DNA of 64,000 bases from Octopus sinensis (GCF_006345805.1 NC_043000.1:119784001-119848000); one strand, 5' to 3'. Positions 51,951 to 63,796 are shown, numbered from the stretch's first letter. The notes: generated from the letters alone by a model not told the origin. Numbers and translations are program-made.

Positions 51951-54200
51951 TATCTTATATTTTGTGAAATTTGATTTTTATTTCTAAATTGAATTTTTCC
52001 CTGTAAGTTTGGAATAATATTCCCTCATATTATTATATATATATATATATTGAGAGAGAGAGAATTAAGTGGGTGTATACAAAATGCTGTACTCAATACA
52101 GCCTGTTAAATAATAATAATAATAATAATGAAATTATTATATACAGTGCTCAGGTGCACCACAACTTGTCAAAAGTGCGTATAAAGCGTATGCAGTTATG
52201 TACAAATGTCTGGGAAGTGAACAGTATTCATATTCATTTGCATACATATATGCATAAATGGATGTATCAAAGAGTATATATATATATGTATTGGCATGTA
52301 TGTATGTATGAGTGTGTGTGTATACATATGTGTATTTATTCATATGTATGTGTGCAAGTGTTGACATGGAAACTTTATAATTATCTCTTTGGACTCCTCT
52401 GTACTCTCGTTGACAAAACAGCCATTGCAGTTTTACAGTTAAGGAATATATTTATCCTAATAAATACTTCTGAATTCCTCTCCTGATTTTCTCAAAGGAG
52501 TTTTATTCCAATTTCTAAGAAACCTCTGTTAATATGTTATTTTCTCACTTTACTGGAAAAACGAAACAAAAACCTGCTTCTTTCTGAAAGAAAAACGCAT
52601 TTTTTGTTTGATTTTTGTCATGTTTCTCTTTTCGTTTTTTTTTTCCTTTGCGTGTAAATCATGTATTTTTTTTTTTTTATTTTCCTTGAAATTTTTATAT
52701 TTCAATGTTGTTATTCTGTTCTCCTGCTGCTAAATCCCATTTATTGTTGACAGTTGTTCTGTAATTTGATAATGTCTGTTTTGTTACATTTGGGTTTATT
52801 AATGTTCTATGACTAGTGTTGATAACAAAAAGAAAAATAAACAAACAAATAAATACATAAATGAATGAATAAATAAATAAATAAATGAATAAATTATAAA
52901 AAAAAAATAAAATACCCACAACAGAGTTTGCATACATTTATTGATAAACTGAATTTCTGCTCAAATTTTTGCATCCACTCTCTCCTCCCATTTATTTCTT
53001 CACACCTATTAGTTTAATTTTGTTCTTCATCTTTAAATTTTTAAATTTTTAATTTATCTCATTTTCATTCTTTTTCGCACAAAACAAGGTGCAGTGTTAG
53101 CTGTTGCAGTCAATGCATGTAACTGCATACCTATTTTAAAAGTGTATTATACACCCATAAAAAGATATGCAGTATCGTTTATTAAGACGATAAGATGGTG
53201 TTTTCGCCAAAGAAGCGATTCCTGCTTATAAGTTGATGTTGCTATACACAATTTTTGTGAACCATTTTCAGAAAGCTTAAAACATTTAGAAATTGGTAAA
53301 CAATTAAACAAGCAAACAAATAAGGTAACTGAAATAAAATCCAAAAAATTAAATAAAGTACAACTAAAATAGACATTAAGAATTTCTAATGTTACATTCA
53401 GGATACAATGTCATTGAAAAATATTTCTTTCACTATTTTCTATTCACTTGTTTTTGGATATTTTTGTTTTCTTTTTCTTTTTTTCTTTCACCTCAATGCT
53501 ATAGGAAATATTGAAGATGATGCAAGAGGTGTGCTTATCAATACACATTCGAAATAAATATTACTAGATCAGAAGAGATAATCGCTTTACTTACTCAGCT
53601 GGCTCTGTATTTACTTTCTCCAAGACAGAATCTGGGGTTTTTGTCAACCCTTTAGTGCAACCTAAGCTTTTTGAAACTTGTTTTTTATTAGTTTTTTTTT
53701 AAATTTTGTTTGTGTTATTGATATCATGTTAGTTGTTCTCGCAGATTACACTCTTGGGTAGAAGCAAAATAATTTCTGATTTGAATTTCTTTGTGTGTTC
53801 CCATATGTTGCTATTGCTTGTAGTAAAAATTTATATCATTAACGATAGCTAGCAACAGGTTAGACATGCACTGTATACTATGGTTCGTATTTCAAAGGAG
53901 GAATTTCCAATCCAGGGTAAGAAAATGTTGAGTTGGTGCATAATTATTGCTGCTTTTTTGCAACAAATGTTATTCAACAGAAACAATAACAATATTTAAC
54001 AAAAACATCTTTAAATGACGGTCTGACTGTCTGCTAAGCAAATGGGAAGCAGTGATTAAATTAGATGGTGGATATGCTCTGGAATAATCATTGAAAGATG
54101 TTTTTGTTACATGTTGTTATTGTTTTTGTTGAATAAAATTTGTTGGAAAAAATCTGCAATAATTATGCATCAACCCAATATGTTATCCTTGGAAAGTATT

Positions 54201-54858
54201 GGGAACCTGTGCTAGAGGTAGACCTAGGAAGACATGGGACGAGGTGGTGAAGCATGATCTTTGAACTTTGAACCTCACAGAGGCAATGACTAGTGACCAA
54301 GAACTTTGGTGATGTGCTCTGCTTAATAGGAACCATTAAGCCAAGTGCATCCATGCTAGTGACATGTAAAAAATCAACCTTTGAATGTTAGGCCTCACAG
54401 AGGCAAAGTGGTTGAGTTCCTTTTGAATGTTAGGCCTTATGGAGGCATAGTGGCCGAGTTCCTTTCGATTGTTGGGCCTCATGAAGGCAGATTGGCTTAG
54501 TTCCTTTCAAGTGTTGGGCCTCACAGAAGTGAGGTGGCCGAGTTCCTTTTGAGTGTTGGGTCTCATGAAGGCAATGACCAAAACCTTTGGCATTATGTCA
54601 TGCTTGAGAAGAGACCCATGATGCTGAGCAGAATCGCAGTCACGGCAGATACTGATGTCATGTAAATGGCTCCTGTGCCAGTGGCATGTAAAAGCACCCA
54701 TTACACTCTCAGAGTGGCTGGCATTAAGAAGGCCATCCATTTGTAGAAAGCCATGCCAAATCAGACTGAATCCTGGCATAACCTTCCAGCATGCCAGCCC
54801 AGTCAAACTATCCAACGAATACCAGCATGGACGATAGACATTAAATGATGATGATAAT
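54201..54858 (+). mobile_element. RTE LINE 3' end containing a degenerate 42-bp minisatellite (54380-54585)
   Basis: Unit starts at 54380, 54422, 54464, 54506 and 54548. Confidence 0.8.
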
Positions 54859-55002
54859 GATTGTTTTCACTTTGAATTTAGATCAGTGATTCTTAACAAG
54901 TTTTTTTCCTATGGATTCCCATTGATTCCTAATTTACTAGGATGGATCCTCAAAGCCATTCAGTGTTTAAAAAATCCTATTATTTTTTTATAATTAAATA
55001 CG

Positions 55003-55370
55003 TTTGTGTGGTAAGAAGTTTGCTTCCCAACCACATGGTTCCAGGTTCAGTCCCACTGCGTGGCACCTTGGGCAAGTATCTTCTACTATAGCCCCAGCTT
55101 GACCAAAGCCATGTGAGTGGATTTGGTTGAAGAAAACTGAAAGAAGCCTGTCATATATTTATGTGTGTGTGTGTGTGTTTGTGTCTTTGTTTGTCCTTGC
55201 CACCACTTGACAACTAGTATCGGTATGTTTATGTTCCAGTAACTTAACAGTTCAACAAAAGAGACCAAGGCTTTAAAAAAATAAGTACTGGGGTCCTCTC
55301 ACTTATCTAAAATGCTTGAAGGCACTGCCCCAGCATGGGCATGGTTTAATAACTGAAACAAGTAAAAGGA
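55003..55370 (+). mobile_element. SINE family A
   Basis: Shared family sequence. Confidence 0.8.
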
Positions 55371-55373
55371 GAA

Positions 55374-55596
55374 AAACGTAAAAGACTTTTTCTACTCCTG
55401 AGCGCTATACTAATACATCTGTTTTGTACACCACCTGTCTTTGTCTTTTGTTTATTTTTGCAAACTTTTCCTTTATATATATACATATATATATAAAGGG
55501 AAAGTTTGCAAAAATAATCAAAAGACAAAGACAGGTGGTGTACAAAACAAACAGATGTATTAGTATAGCGCTCAGGAGTAGAAAAAGTCTTTACGT
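55374..55596. repeat. Long palindrome (~100-bp arms, (TA)n centre) formed by two tail-to-tail copies of a repeat
   Basis: acgtaaaagactttttctactcctgagcgc... / ...gcgctcaggagtagaaaaagtctttacgt. Confidence 0.92.
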
Positions 55597-55623
55597 GTCG
55601 AGCCTACGCTCTTCTACAGAAAG
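55589..55623 (-). ncRNA. Degenerate minimal hammerhead motif (third family)
   Basis: Reverse complement CUUU-CUGUAGA-A-GAGC(GUAG)GCUC-GACA-CGUA-AAG; perfect stem II but two core mismatches. Confidence 0.4.
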
Positions 55624-56627
55624 GGACACAGAAAAAACAAGGAGAGAAAAAAATGTGTGTAGTGGCTAACAATCTACAAAGTATAACTGATTTATTGTAT
55701 GTAAACTTCAACCACGAAATCTTATAAGGACCCTTGAAGTGATATGGAACCCAGTTGAGGAGCCAACGATTTAGATAGTGTATTCATTACACACACACAT
55801 ACAAATATACAATAGGCTTCTTTCAGTTTCCTCCGACCAAGTCTGCACACTGGGCTTTGGTCTACCTGGGGCTATAGCAGAAGCTGTTATGAACTTAACT
55901 GTCTTCCAAAATTATCATCCACCTCTTAAAGTTTCACTAAGTTTAAGAGGTGATCTTTTTGCAAATCTATTATGGATTCTTAACTATTACCAAGTTTTGT
56001 GTACCTTTTAGTGTTTGTTCTGCAGTTATTTCTGTTCCTTTGACATTTTTTATTGTCTACTGCATTCTCATGAACCCCATTATCTCAACAGCTTTGCTCT
56101 GACTCTTCCCTCCGTAAGTCAGTAAGTACTGTCTTGAGTCACTTAGGTCCTGTGATCCAATTTCTACACCATTTGAATGACCAAGATCACAGCAATCCTC
56201 CTGAATGGGATGCCAGTAGTCCATGACAGGGTCACTCATTTACAGTTGAATGAAGTGGACCAATGTGAAATGAAGTGTTTTGCTCAAGAACACAATGCAC
56301 TGCCCTGTCTGGGAATTGAAACATTGTTCTTGTGATTGTAAGTGCAACACTCGAACCACTAGGCCATGTGACTTAATCCTTTAGCATTTTAACTGGCCAT
56401 ATCCAATCAAAATGTTCTTCCTGTTTTATGTTCAAACTAGCCAGATCAGGCCTCTCACATGTAGCCTACAATGCCATTCTAAAAACATACAGTCACATCA
56501 TCAAAATCTCAAAGCTTTGAGATAATGCATGCTTAATTCAAAAGAATGTGAATAAATGTGGACTTTTTCTACTCCTGAGCGCTATACTAATACATCTGTT
56601 TGTTTTGTACACCACCTGTCTTTGTGG

Positions 56628-56797
56628 ACAACTACACTCACGGAGTGGTTGGCGTTAGGAAGGGCATCCAGCTGTAGAAACATTGCCAGATTAGACTGGA
56701 GCCTGGTGCAGCCTTCTGGCTTCCCAGAACCCCGGTCGAACCGTCCAACCCATGCTAGCATGGAGAACGGACGTTAAACGACGATGATGATGATGAT
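56628..56797 (+). mobile_element. Young RTE tail fragment
   Basis: CpG-retaining copy ending gttaaacgacgatgatgatgat. Confidence 0.85.
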
Positions 56798-56812
56798 GTG
56801 CATGGCTTAGTG

Positions 56813-57323
56813 TAGGGGTGGGGAAACAGCTGCCTGTGGGCTCAATTGCACCCGGGAGCACATTCTATTGCACCTGCGGGCTGATATACTCGTATGTGCA
56901 GAATTATAAAATTTCAATTATGAAGTTTATATAATAGTCATATGCCAATTTGCGACATAGGTCACGTTTCTATCAAACAGTTAAACTCGAACGGAAGTTG
57001 TCTGTTAATTGCTATTTGAATGGAAATTTGTTTCCACTATAAATAAAACACATATTGCTAGGTTTGTACCACCTCCTTGAGACCCAACTACACTCTAGCT
57101 GAAAAATATAGAATACCACATAAGTAATATAAATGTCCTAAATTCAGTGGCAGCATTAATGAAGATGTTACATGTTAATTTAATGTGTTAAACTTATCTT
57201 TATTAATGTATATGTATATACAAGATTTACACAGATATAAAAGTTAGAATTTGTGATCCCCGCCCGCAGACCTTTTCCTTTGGAAATTTTTGCCTACTGC
57301 ACTAAAAAGTTTCCTCACCCCTG
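56813..57323. mobile_element. hAT-type MITE, 511 bp, inserted in the A-box of a tRNA-SINE
   Basis: TIR TAGGGGTGGGGAAAC / GTTTCCTCACCCCTG; 8-bp TSD GCTTAGTG at 56805-56812 and 57324-57331. Confidence 0.9.
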
Positions 57324-59156
57324 GCTTAGTGGTTAGGGTGTTGGACTTCTGATCATAAGATCACAGTTTCGATTCCTGGACCAGGTGATCAAAACACTTC
57401 ATTTCATGTTGCTCCAGTCCACTCAGCTGGCAAAAATGAGTAATCCTCTGATGGCATCATTGAAATGTCAAGGCTACGAGATCGTACATAATTAATTGAA
57501 AGCATAATTGAATGATTGAATAAATAAGTACTACATTTGATAGGATAATCTGAATGCTAAACGGTTAAGAGGACCTTTAAAATTCTTTGAAACTGTCCTT
57601 TATATCTGTGTAACTTATTGAATAGAAAAATTTGGTTTTTGTATGTGATGATCTCCTACATGGATTAATAAGTTCTCCGAGAATCAGAGCCTTGATTACA
57701 TTATGATTTGCACTGGTAACTGCTTTGTGAAGATGTTGCTAAGGTTTTCCAGGTGAGAAATGAACAACACAATTTTCCATCGAAGCTGTCATGTAAATCC
57801 AAGGCTTTATGCATTATGTACGCTCTCATATTTTGCTGTAGAATAATCGAATCAAATGACATTTACATGCAGAACAAACATGCCCTTCTCTAAGGTCCAA
57901 AGGATTAACTATAATGCACAGATCATATAAAGAGGAGATTGCTTCAAAGGAAGTAGACAATCTGGTGTCAGTTGTTACACAGCTTTGTTCCAATGTACAA
58001 AGGTTTCTAGTTTGAAAAACATGCATGTTGTAGTTGAAAGAGTTAAACATGAAATATGAACAGCATATGAATCAGAAAAACAAGACAAATTGACACTGTG
58101 GAAAATAAATTTTTCTTTTCCTTATCAAAACATACAAATAATGTTAAATGTATTTCCATGTAGTAGAACACCTTTAGGGGTAAGATGCTTCAGAAAATAA
58201 AATATATATACGTATATAGATATGTGTGTATATAGTATGTATAAAGGCGGTGAAAAAAAATAATACTGATAATAAACGTAATAAACAATGTAACAAATTC
58301 TGCCATTCTCCACTAAGAGAAATAAGAAAAAAAGAAAACGCAAATATAAACAATATTCTTTTTCATCTATCATCAAAAAGCATAATATAAATAAAATTAT
58401 ACTGAATCGAATCTTCCTTCTGGCTTCAGTTTCTAAAAAAATAAAATAAATATAATTATAAAAATAAAAAAAAAAAAAGAAAATAAAGAGAAATTGTTGT
58501 TGCTGTATTTATGTGTTGTTTGTATAAAGCATCACAATGTTATTATTATTATTATTATTATTTGTTTGCAATAATAAACAAGTTCCTTCACTTCTTAGCT
58601 TTTTTTGTTGTTGTTGTTGTTGTTGACAACAGTAGTTGTCTGAATAAATATGAGAAAACTAAATGCTAATGTATTCTCTATTTGTAATATTTGTAGACAT
58701 GTGATGTCAGTTATTACACGTAGAATATAGATGCTAATTGAAACAAGAACAATAGCAACGGCAGGAAAAATAACGACAATAATAATAATAATAATAATGA
58801 TGGTTTCAAATTTTGGCACAAGGCCAGCAAGTTCTGGGGAGTTGGGGAGTTGATTACATTGACTCCAAATTTTGGCATAATGCCAGTAATTTTTAGGGAT
58901 GAGGTTTAGTTAATTGCATTGACCCCAGTGCTAAATTGGTACTTATTTAGTTATAAGGGAGTTTGTACCCATGTTCTACGCACTGGATACCTTTTATCGG
59001 AATATTGGTTAAGTAATATGAAGATAGCTTTGTCATATCTTGGAAACATCACTATGCCAATAAAAAACACATACACTGGTTCCCTTTCACTTCTATATTT
59101 TGCATTTGTCAATTGGCTGACTATTTAACCACTTAACTTATTGATTGTTTGATTAA

Positions 59157-59630
59157 CCCTTTTGTTACTGTATTTATTTTGAGATGCTTTATGTTTCTTT
59201 CAATTACTTTAAATATAATAAAGAATTTAGTAAAATAACTTAGTTATCATTAAGCCAGTGTTAGGAGCATAAATTGTGACTAAAGTTTGGTGGAAGATTT
59301 TAATTCAAAACTTTTGAAAACAAAATATTTGTATTACAGAGCCAGAGGCAGTTTCAGCCAGGTTGGTATCAAAATGGTTAAGAATTGTTTCTGTATTATA
59401 TATTTTAACCCTTTTATTACCATATTTATTTTGAGATGCTCTGTATTTCTTTCAATTAATTTTAAAAATAACAAAGAATTTAGTAAAATAACTTAGTTAA
59501 TCATTAAGCTAGTGTTAGGAACATTAATTGTGACTAAGGTTTGGTGGAAGATTTTAATTCAAAACTTATGAAAACAAGACATCTGTGCTCAGAGCCAGAG
59601 CCGGTTTCAGCCGGGTTGGTACCGTAAGGG
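59157..59630. mobile_element. Two adjacent family F TTAA-MITEs (59157-59377, 59409-59630)
   Basis: Each is bounded by TTAA-CCC...GG-TTAA; same family as 321-542. Confidence 0.85.
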
Positions 59631-60140
59631 TTAATCAATCATTCGTGCAGTGAGTCGATCAGGTTTGTCAAAGTCTTTTTGTTACCATTTGTGAATTCAT
59701 GAATGACATGCCCTCTCTGCTCCAAATTTGTTTCTGGTTTGTCTGTGGGTTTGCAATTATATTTTTATATGGTTGTGAGTAAAAATGTATGAGAGAGAGA
59801 GAGAGATGGTGTGTGTGTGTGTGTGTATCTGTTTATAATTGGTCTAATCACCTTTCCAAGAATTAATGAAATCTGTTTTTGACACATGAGTTCACATAAA
59901 GAATCTAGCCATTATGCTAGAAACAAGAAAAGGGTTGTATAGGCTTCCAAAATGTTAGTGCATAAAATATGCAGTGAGGTTGCTAACTGCAAAATTTGAC
60001 ACTTTTAAATCTGGAATGTAACTTTTCAAAATGTTGCTGTCTGTATATTTTACCTGTGCTTTGTGTGAAACAGGTAACACCCTTTATTTGTAATGTTTTC
60101 TTTATATTTAAATGTAAAAAAATAGAAAAAAAAAAACTAT

Positions 60141-60450
60141 TTATTCTCAATCACAGAATAATGCTTGAACAGCATGGATAGGATAAAATCCTTATATTGC
60201 AGAAAAATTTGTCAGCGATTGGCCATGTTTACATATATCGTAATTTGAATTTCACATACAACGCCTATAAAAAAGCTAAGTTTATAAGTTCAAAAATTTC
60301 AGAAAAATTTGTCACCGGGTAGTTTAGCTTAAAGGTAAAGCACTTGACCGGTAATCACAGAGATGTGAGTTCAAGTTTCATGGCTGACTGCTGACAAACT
60401 TTTTCGCATTATAAGGATGTTATCCTATTCACGCTGTTCTTGAGAATAAA
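60141..60450. mobile_element. Fold-back element with ~60-bp inverted arms enclosing a tRNA-like pseudogene (60318-60390)
   Basis: Arms 60168-60227 and 60379-60438, about 80% complementary; internal tagtttagcttaaaggtaaagc, ttga-ccggtaa-tca and gagttcaagt. Confidence 0.7.
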
Positions 60451-61076
60451 TTGTCTCCATATCTGTATATCTCAATACATCTCAACTATTTTGCATATAT
60501 CATAATTAAAAAAAACAAAAAACACTATATTCTGTTTGGAGAGAGTCATTATGCCAATATTATTAACTCACACCCTGGTTCAATTTCAGCACTTTATTAT
60601 TAATCAATTGTCTAAATATCTAACTAATTAATCAATCGTTTGTTTAACTTGGTTAAACAGTAAGTCATATCTTCTATCTTATCTCTTTTCAAAAAAATGT
60701 TTCTCTCAGCATTCACTATTTTCCTCTCGTTCTGGTCTAACGACCCTTCATGCTTTGTTTACGTTCAGTTTCCTTGTATGTCTCCACTGTCGTTTTTTTT
60801 GTTCCCAACTTTGACCCTCCATAAATCCTAAATTTTGTTTTAGAATTTATGGCAGCAACAGTCTTTGAAGACTCATATTGTCGCTGAATGCTCAAAATGA
60901 GGAGTAGATAGACAGCCAACAACTGATGAAGAGTCCTTTCTCTGTGTTTACTTGTCCTGTTTTCCATTTTTTTTCATTGTTCATGTATTTCACTCGTTTT
61001 TCCCTTGTTTGTTTATGTATTTCATTTTCATGTTATTTGCTCTATTGGTGATGTCCTGTACCCATATCATGTATAT

Positions 61077-61112
<36 letters not shown>

Positions 61113-61340
61113 ATTAATTGATTAGTTAGATATTTTACCAATTGACTAATAATAAAGGAGTGGAATTGAACCAGTGTGTGTGTTAATAATATTAGCATAA
61201 TGACCCTCCCTAGACACGACAAAATTTCTTAATAACGAATGATGAATGAATATTTCAGGTGTTGAGAAATGTTCCCACCATAGATTTTGCTTTTTATATA
61301 TTTTCAGTTCTTACAAATTGATTTTGTTTTTATATTCTAG

Positions 61341-61399
61341 GTGTTCTGTACTGTAGCTTTTGACTCTTTGGAATCAGCCATGAAATTGGATCCAGCTTC
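61341..61399 (+). CDS. PNPT1: PNPT1 next coding exon, 59 nt
   Basis: Translates VFCTVAFDSLESAMKLDPA(S), the direct continuation after GQTQ (vertebrate VLCTVTFDSLES). Acceptor ttttatattctag| and donor |gtgagt; phase 0 start agrees with the previous exon. Confidence 0.92.
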
Positions 61400-61429
61400 G
61401 TGAGTTTTCTTAATCCATATCTAAATCTA

Positions 61430-61488
<59 letters not shown>

Positions 61489-61530
61489 ACACACACGCAT
61501 GCATACTTTTTTTTCATTTCACAAAGATGG

Positions 61531-62397
61531 CATGTAAAAAGCACCATCCGAATGTGGTCGATGCCATCCTCACCACTGGCCCCTGTACCTGTCGCATGTA
61601 AAAAGCACCATCCGAATGTGGCCGATGCCATCCTCACCACTGGCTCCTGTACCTGTCGCATGTAAAAAGCACCATCCGGATGTGGTCGATGCCATCCTCA
61701 CCACTGGCCCCTGTACCTGTCGCATGTAAAAAGCACCATCCGAATGTGGTCGATGCCATCCTCACCACTGGCCCCTGTACCTGTCGCATGTAAAAAGCAC
61801 CATCCGAATGTGGCCGATGCCATCCTCACCACTGGCTCCTGTACCTGTCGCATGTAAAAAGCACCATCCGGATGTGGTCGATGCCATCCTCACCACTGGC
61901 CCCTGTACCTGTCGCCTGTAAAAAGCACCATCCGAATGTGGTCGATGCCATCCTCACCACTGGCCCCTGTACCTGTTGCATGTAAAAAAACACCATCTGA
62001 ATGTGGCCGATTACATCCTCACCACTGGCCCCTGTACCTGTCGCATGTAAAAAACACCATCCGAATGTGGCCGATGCCATCCTCACCACTGGCCCCTGTA
62101 CCTGTCGCATGTAAAAAGCACAGTCTGAATGTGGCCGATGCCATCCTCACCACTGGCCCCTGTACCTGTCGCATGTAAAAAGCACCATCCGGATGTGGCC
62201 AATGCCATCCTCACCACTGACCCCTGTACCTGTCGCATGTAAAAAGCACCATCCGAATGTGGTCGATGCCATCCTCACCACTGGCCCCTGTACCTGTCGC
62301 ATGTAAAAAGCACCATCCAAATGTGGCCGATGCCATCCTCACCACTGGCCCCTGTACCTGTCGCATGTAAAAAGCACCATCCGAATGTGGCCAATGC
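61531..62397 (+). repeat. 64-bp minisatellite, 13 full units plus a partial, inside an RTE tail element (which ends ~62600)
   Basis: Unit catgtaaaaagcaccatccgaatgtgg(t/c)cgatgccatcctcaccactggcccctgtacctgtcg; starts at 61531, 61595, 61659 ... 62364. Confidence 0.97.
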
Positions 62398-62734
62398 CAG
62401 TGCTGCCTGACTGACTCCCATGCTAGTGGCACATAAAACGCACCCACTACACTCTCAGAGTGGTTGGCATTATTAAGAGCATCCAGCTGTAGAAACATTA
62501 CCAGATCAAATTGGAGCCTGGTGCAGCCTACTGGCTTGCCAGTCCCCAGTCAAACCGTCTAACTCATGCCAGCATGAAAAATGGATGTTAAACGATGATG
62601 ATAAATATTATTATTATGATGATGATGATGATGAGAGATACATGGCTGTATGGTTAAGAAGCTCATTTTACAACCATATAACTTGTGGTTCAATCCCACT
62701 GCAAGGTATCTTGTGCAAATGTTTTCTACTATAG

Positions 62735-62865
62735 CAGTGACCTGAGTAATAATAATAATAATAATAATAATAATAGTAATCATATCGAAAAATACCTTAG
62801 GAATGAGAACCCAGGTTCGAAATTTCCCCAAAATGAAGGTTGGAGGGTATACCAGCCGAAATGAT
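62735..62865 (+). mobile_element. Third, degenerate copy of the (AAT)n hammerhead element of 8344
   Basis: gcagtgacctga-(AAT)n-atcgaaaaataccttaggaatgagaacccagg...; CTG of the core deleted, but agg.tggagggtata.cagccgaaa remains. Confidence 0.8.
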
Positions 62866-63143
62866 AGCTGTCTTCATGTTTGTTTTAAAAGTCAAAAACT
62901 TTATATAAACTATTCAGTTTCATAAATTTGAAATTCCAGTCCAAATAAACTGCAAAATGGAGGAAAAGAAACTTGAAAATAAATTGCCATTTCTTGTCTA
63001 AACTGTTTTTAAATTCAATAGCAGTCATGTGCTATTGTTTGCTTGAAATGTACCGACTATATGTTGATGTCAGATGCAGAGTTTGTTAGCAACTTAATGT
63101 CTAGGTACTGAAAAAAGAAACAAAAAAATTCTGATATTCTAAA

Positions 63144-63179
<36 letters not shown>

Positions 63180-63796
63180 GGGAGAGAGAGACTAGTTATA
63201 TTGTCTAGAAAATTTTGAAGCAGCTGCTCTGTCAGAATTACCGTTTCTTTAAGAGTAGATTACAAAGCATTTTTCACTGGTTTTGGAAGGCAACATGTAA
63301 TTGTACAAGTTTTTTGTTTGTATGTAGCTTAGTCTAGCCAGTGAAATATCAGACTCAGCTTCAGGCATGATGCCACGTGAAACACTTTGGTTATAAGGTT
63401 TAGCCACCAGACTACTGATCATATGGTATGGAGGCTCAGTGGCACCAGCAATGAGAAGTTATGTTAATGATGCTAAGAAAGAAGTCGGTACCATACCAGC
63501 ACCTGATTTCTGGCTTTTCTACAGCTGCTAGGACAACTATTGTTCTTTGGAATTGGCTAGTCTTTATGCTACCTCCACTCAGGCATACCCAGTCCACTTG
63601 TTTCTCCTTTTTTCCACAACCTATATTGTATTACTCCAGATCCATGACTCTCCTCCACAACAATAACCTGTTCCTGCTAATTTCCATCAAGCTTTGTCCC
63701 ATTACCTTCCTAATTACTCTTTCATATTTATTATTTATTTATTTACATTGATTTGAGTTAATCTAGGTATTATCTCGTAACTTCAAGATTTCAATG

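Noticed and set aside
60915-60950. CTGATGAAGAG motif
   Set aside because: No downstream GAAA or stem II partner; not a ribozyme in this copy.
61531-62397. CRISPR-like regular array
   Set aside because: Units are head-to-tail near-identical with no unique spacers, there are no cas genes, and the context is a eukaryotic retroelement.
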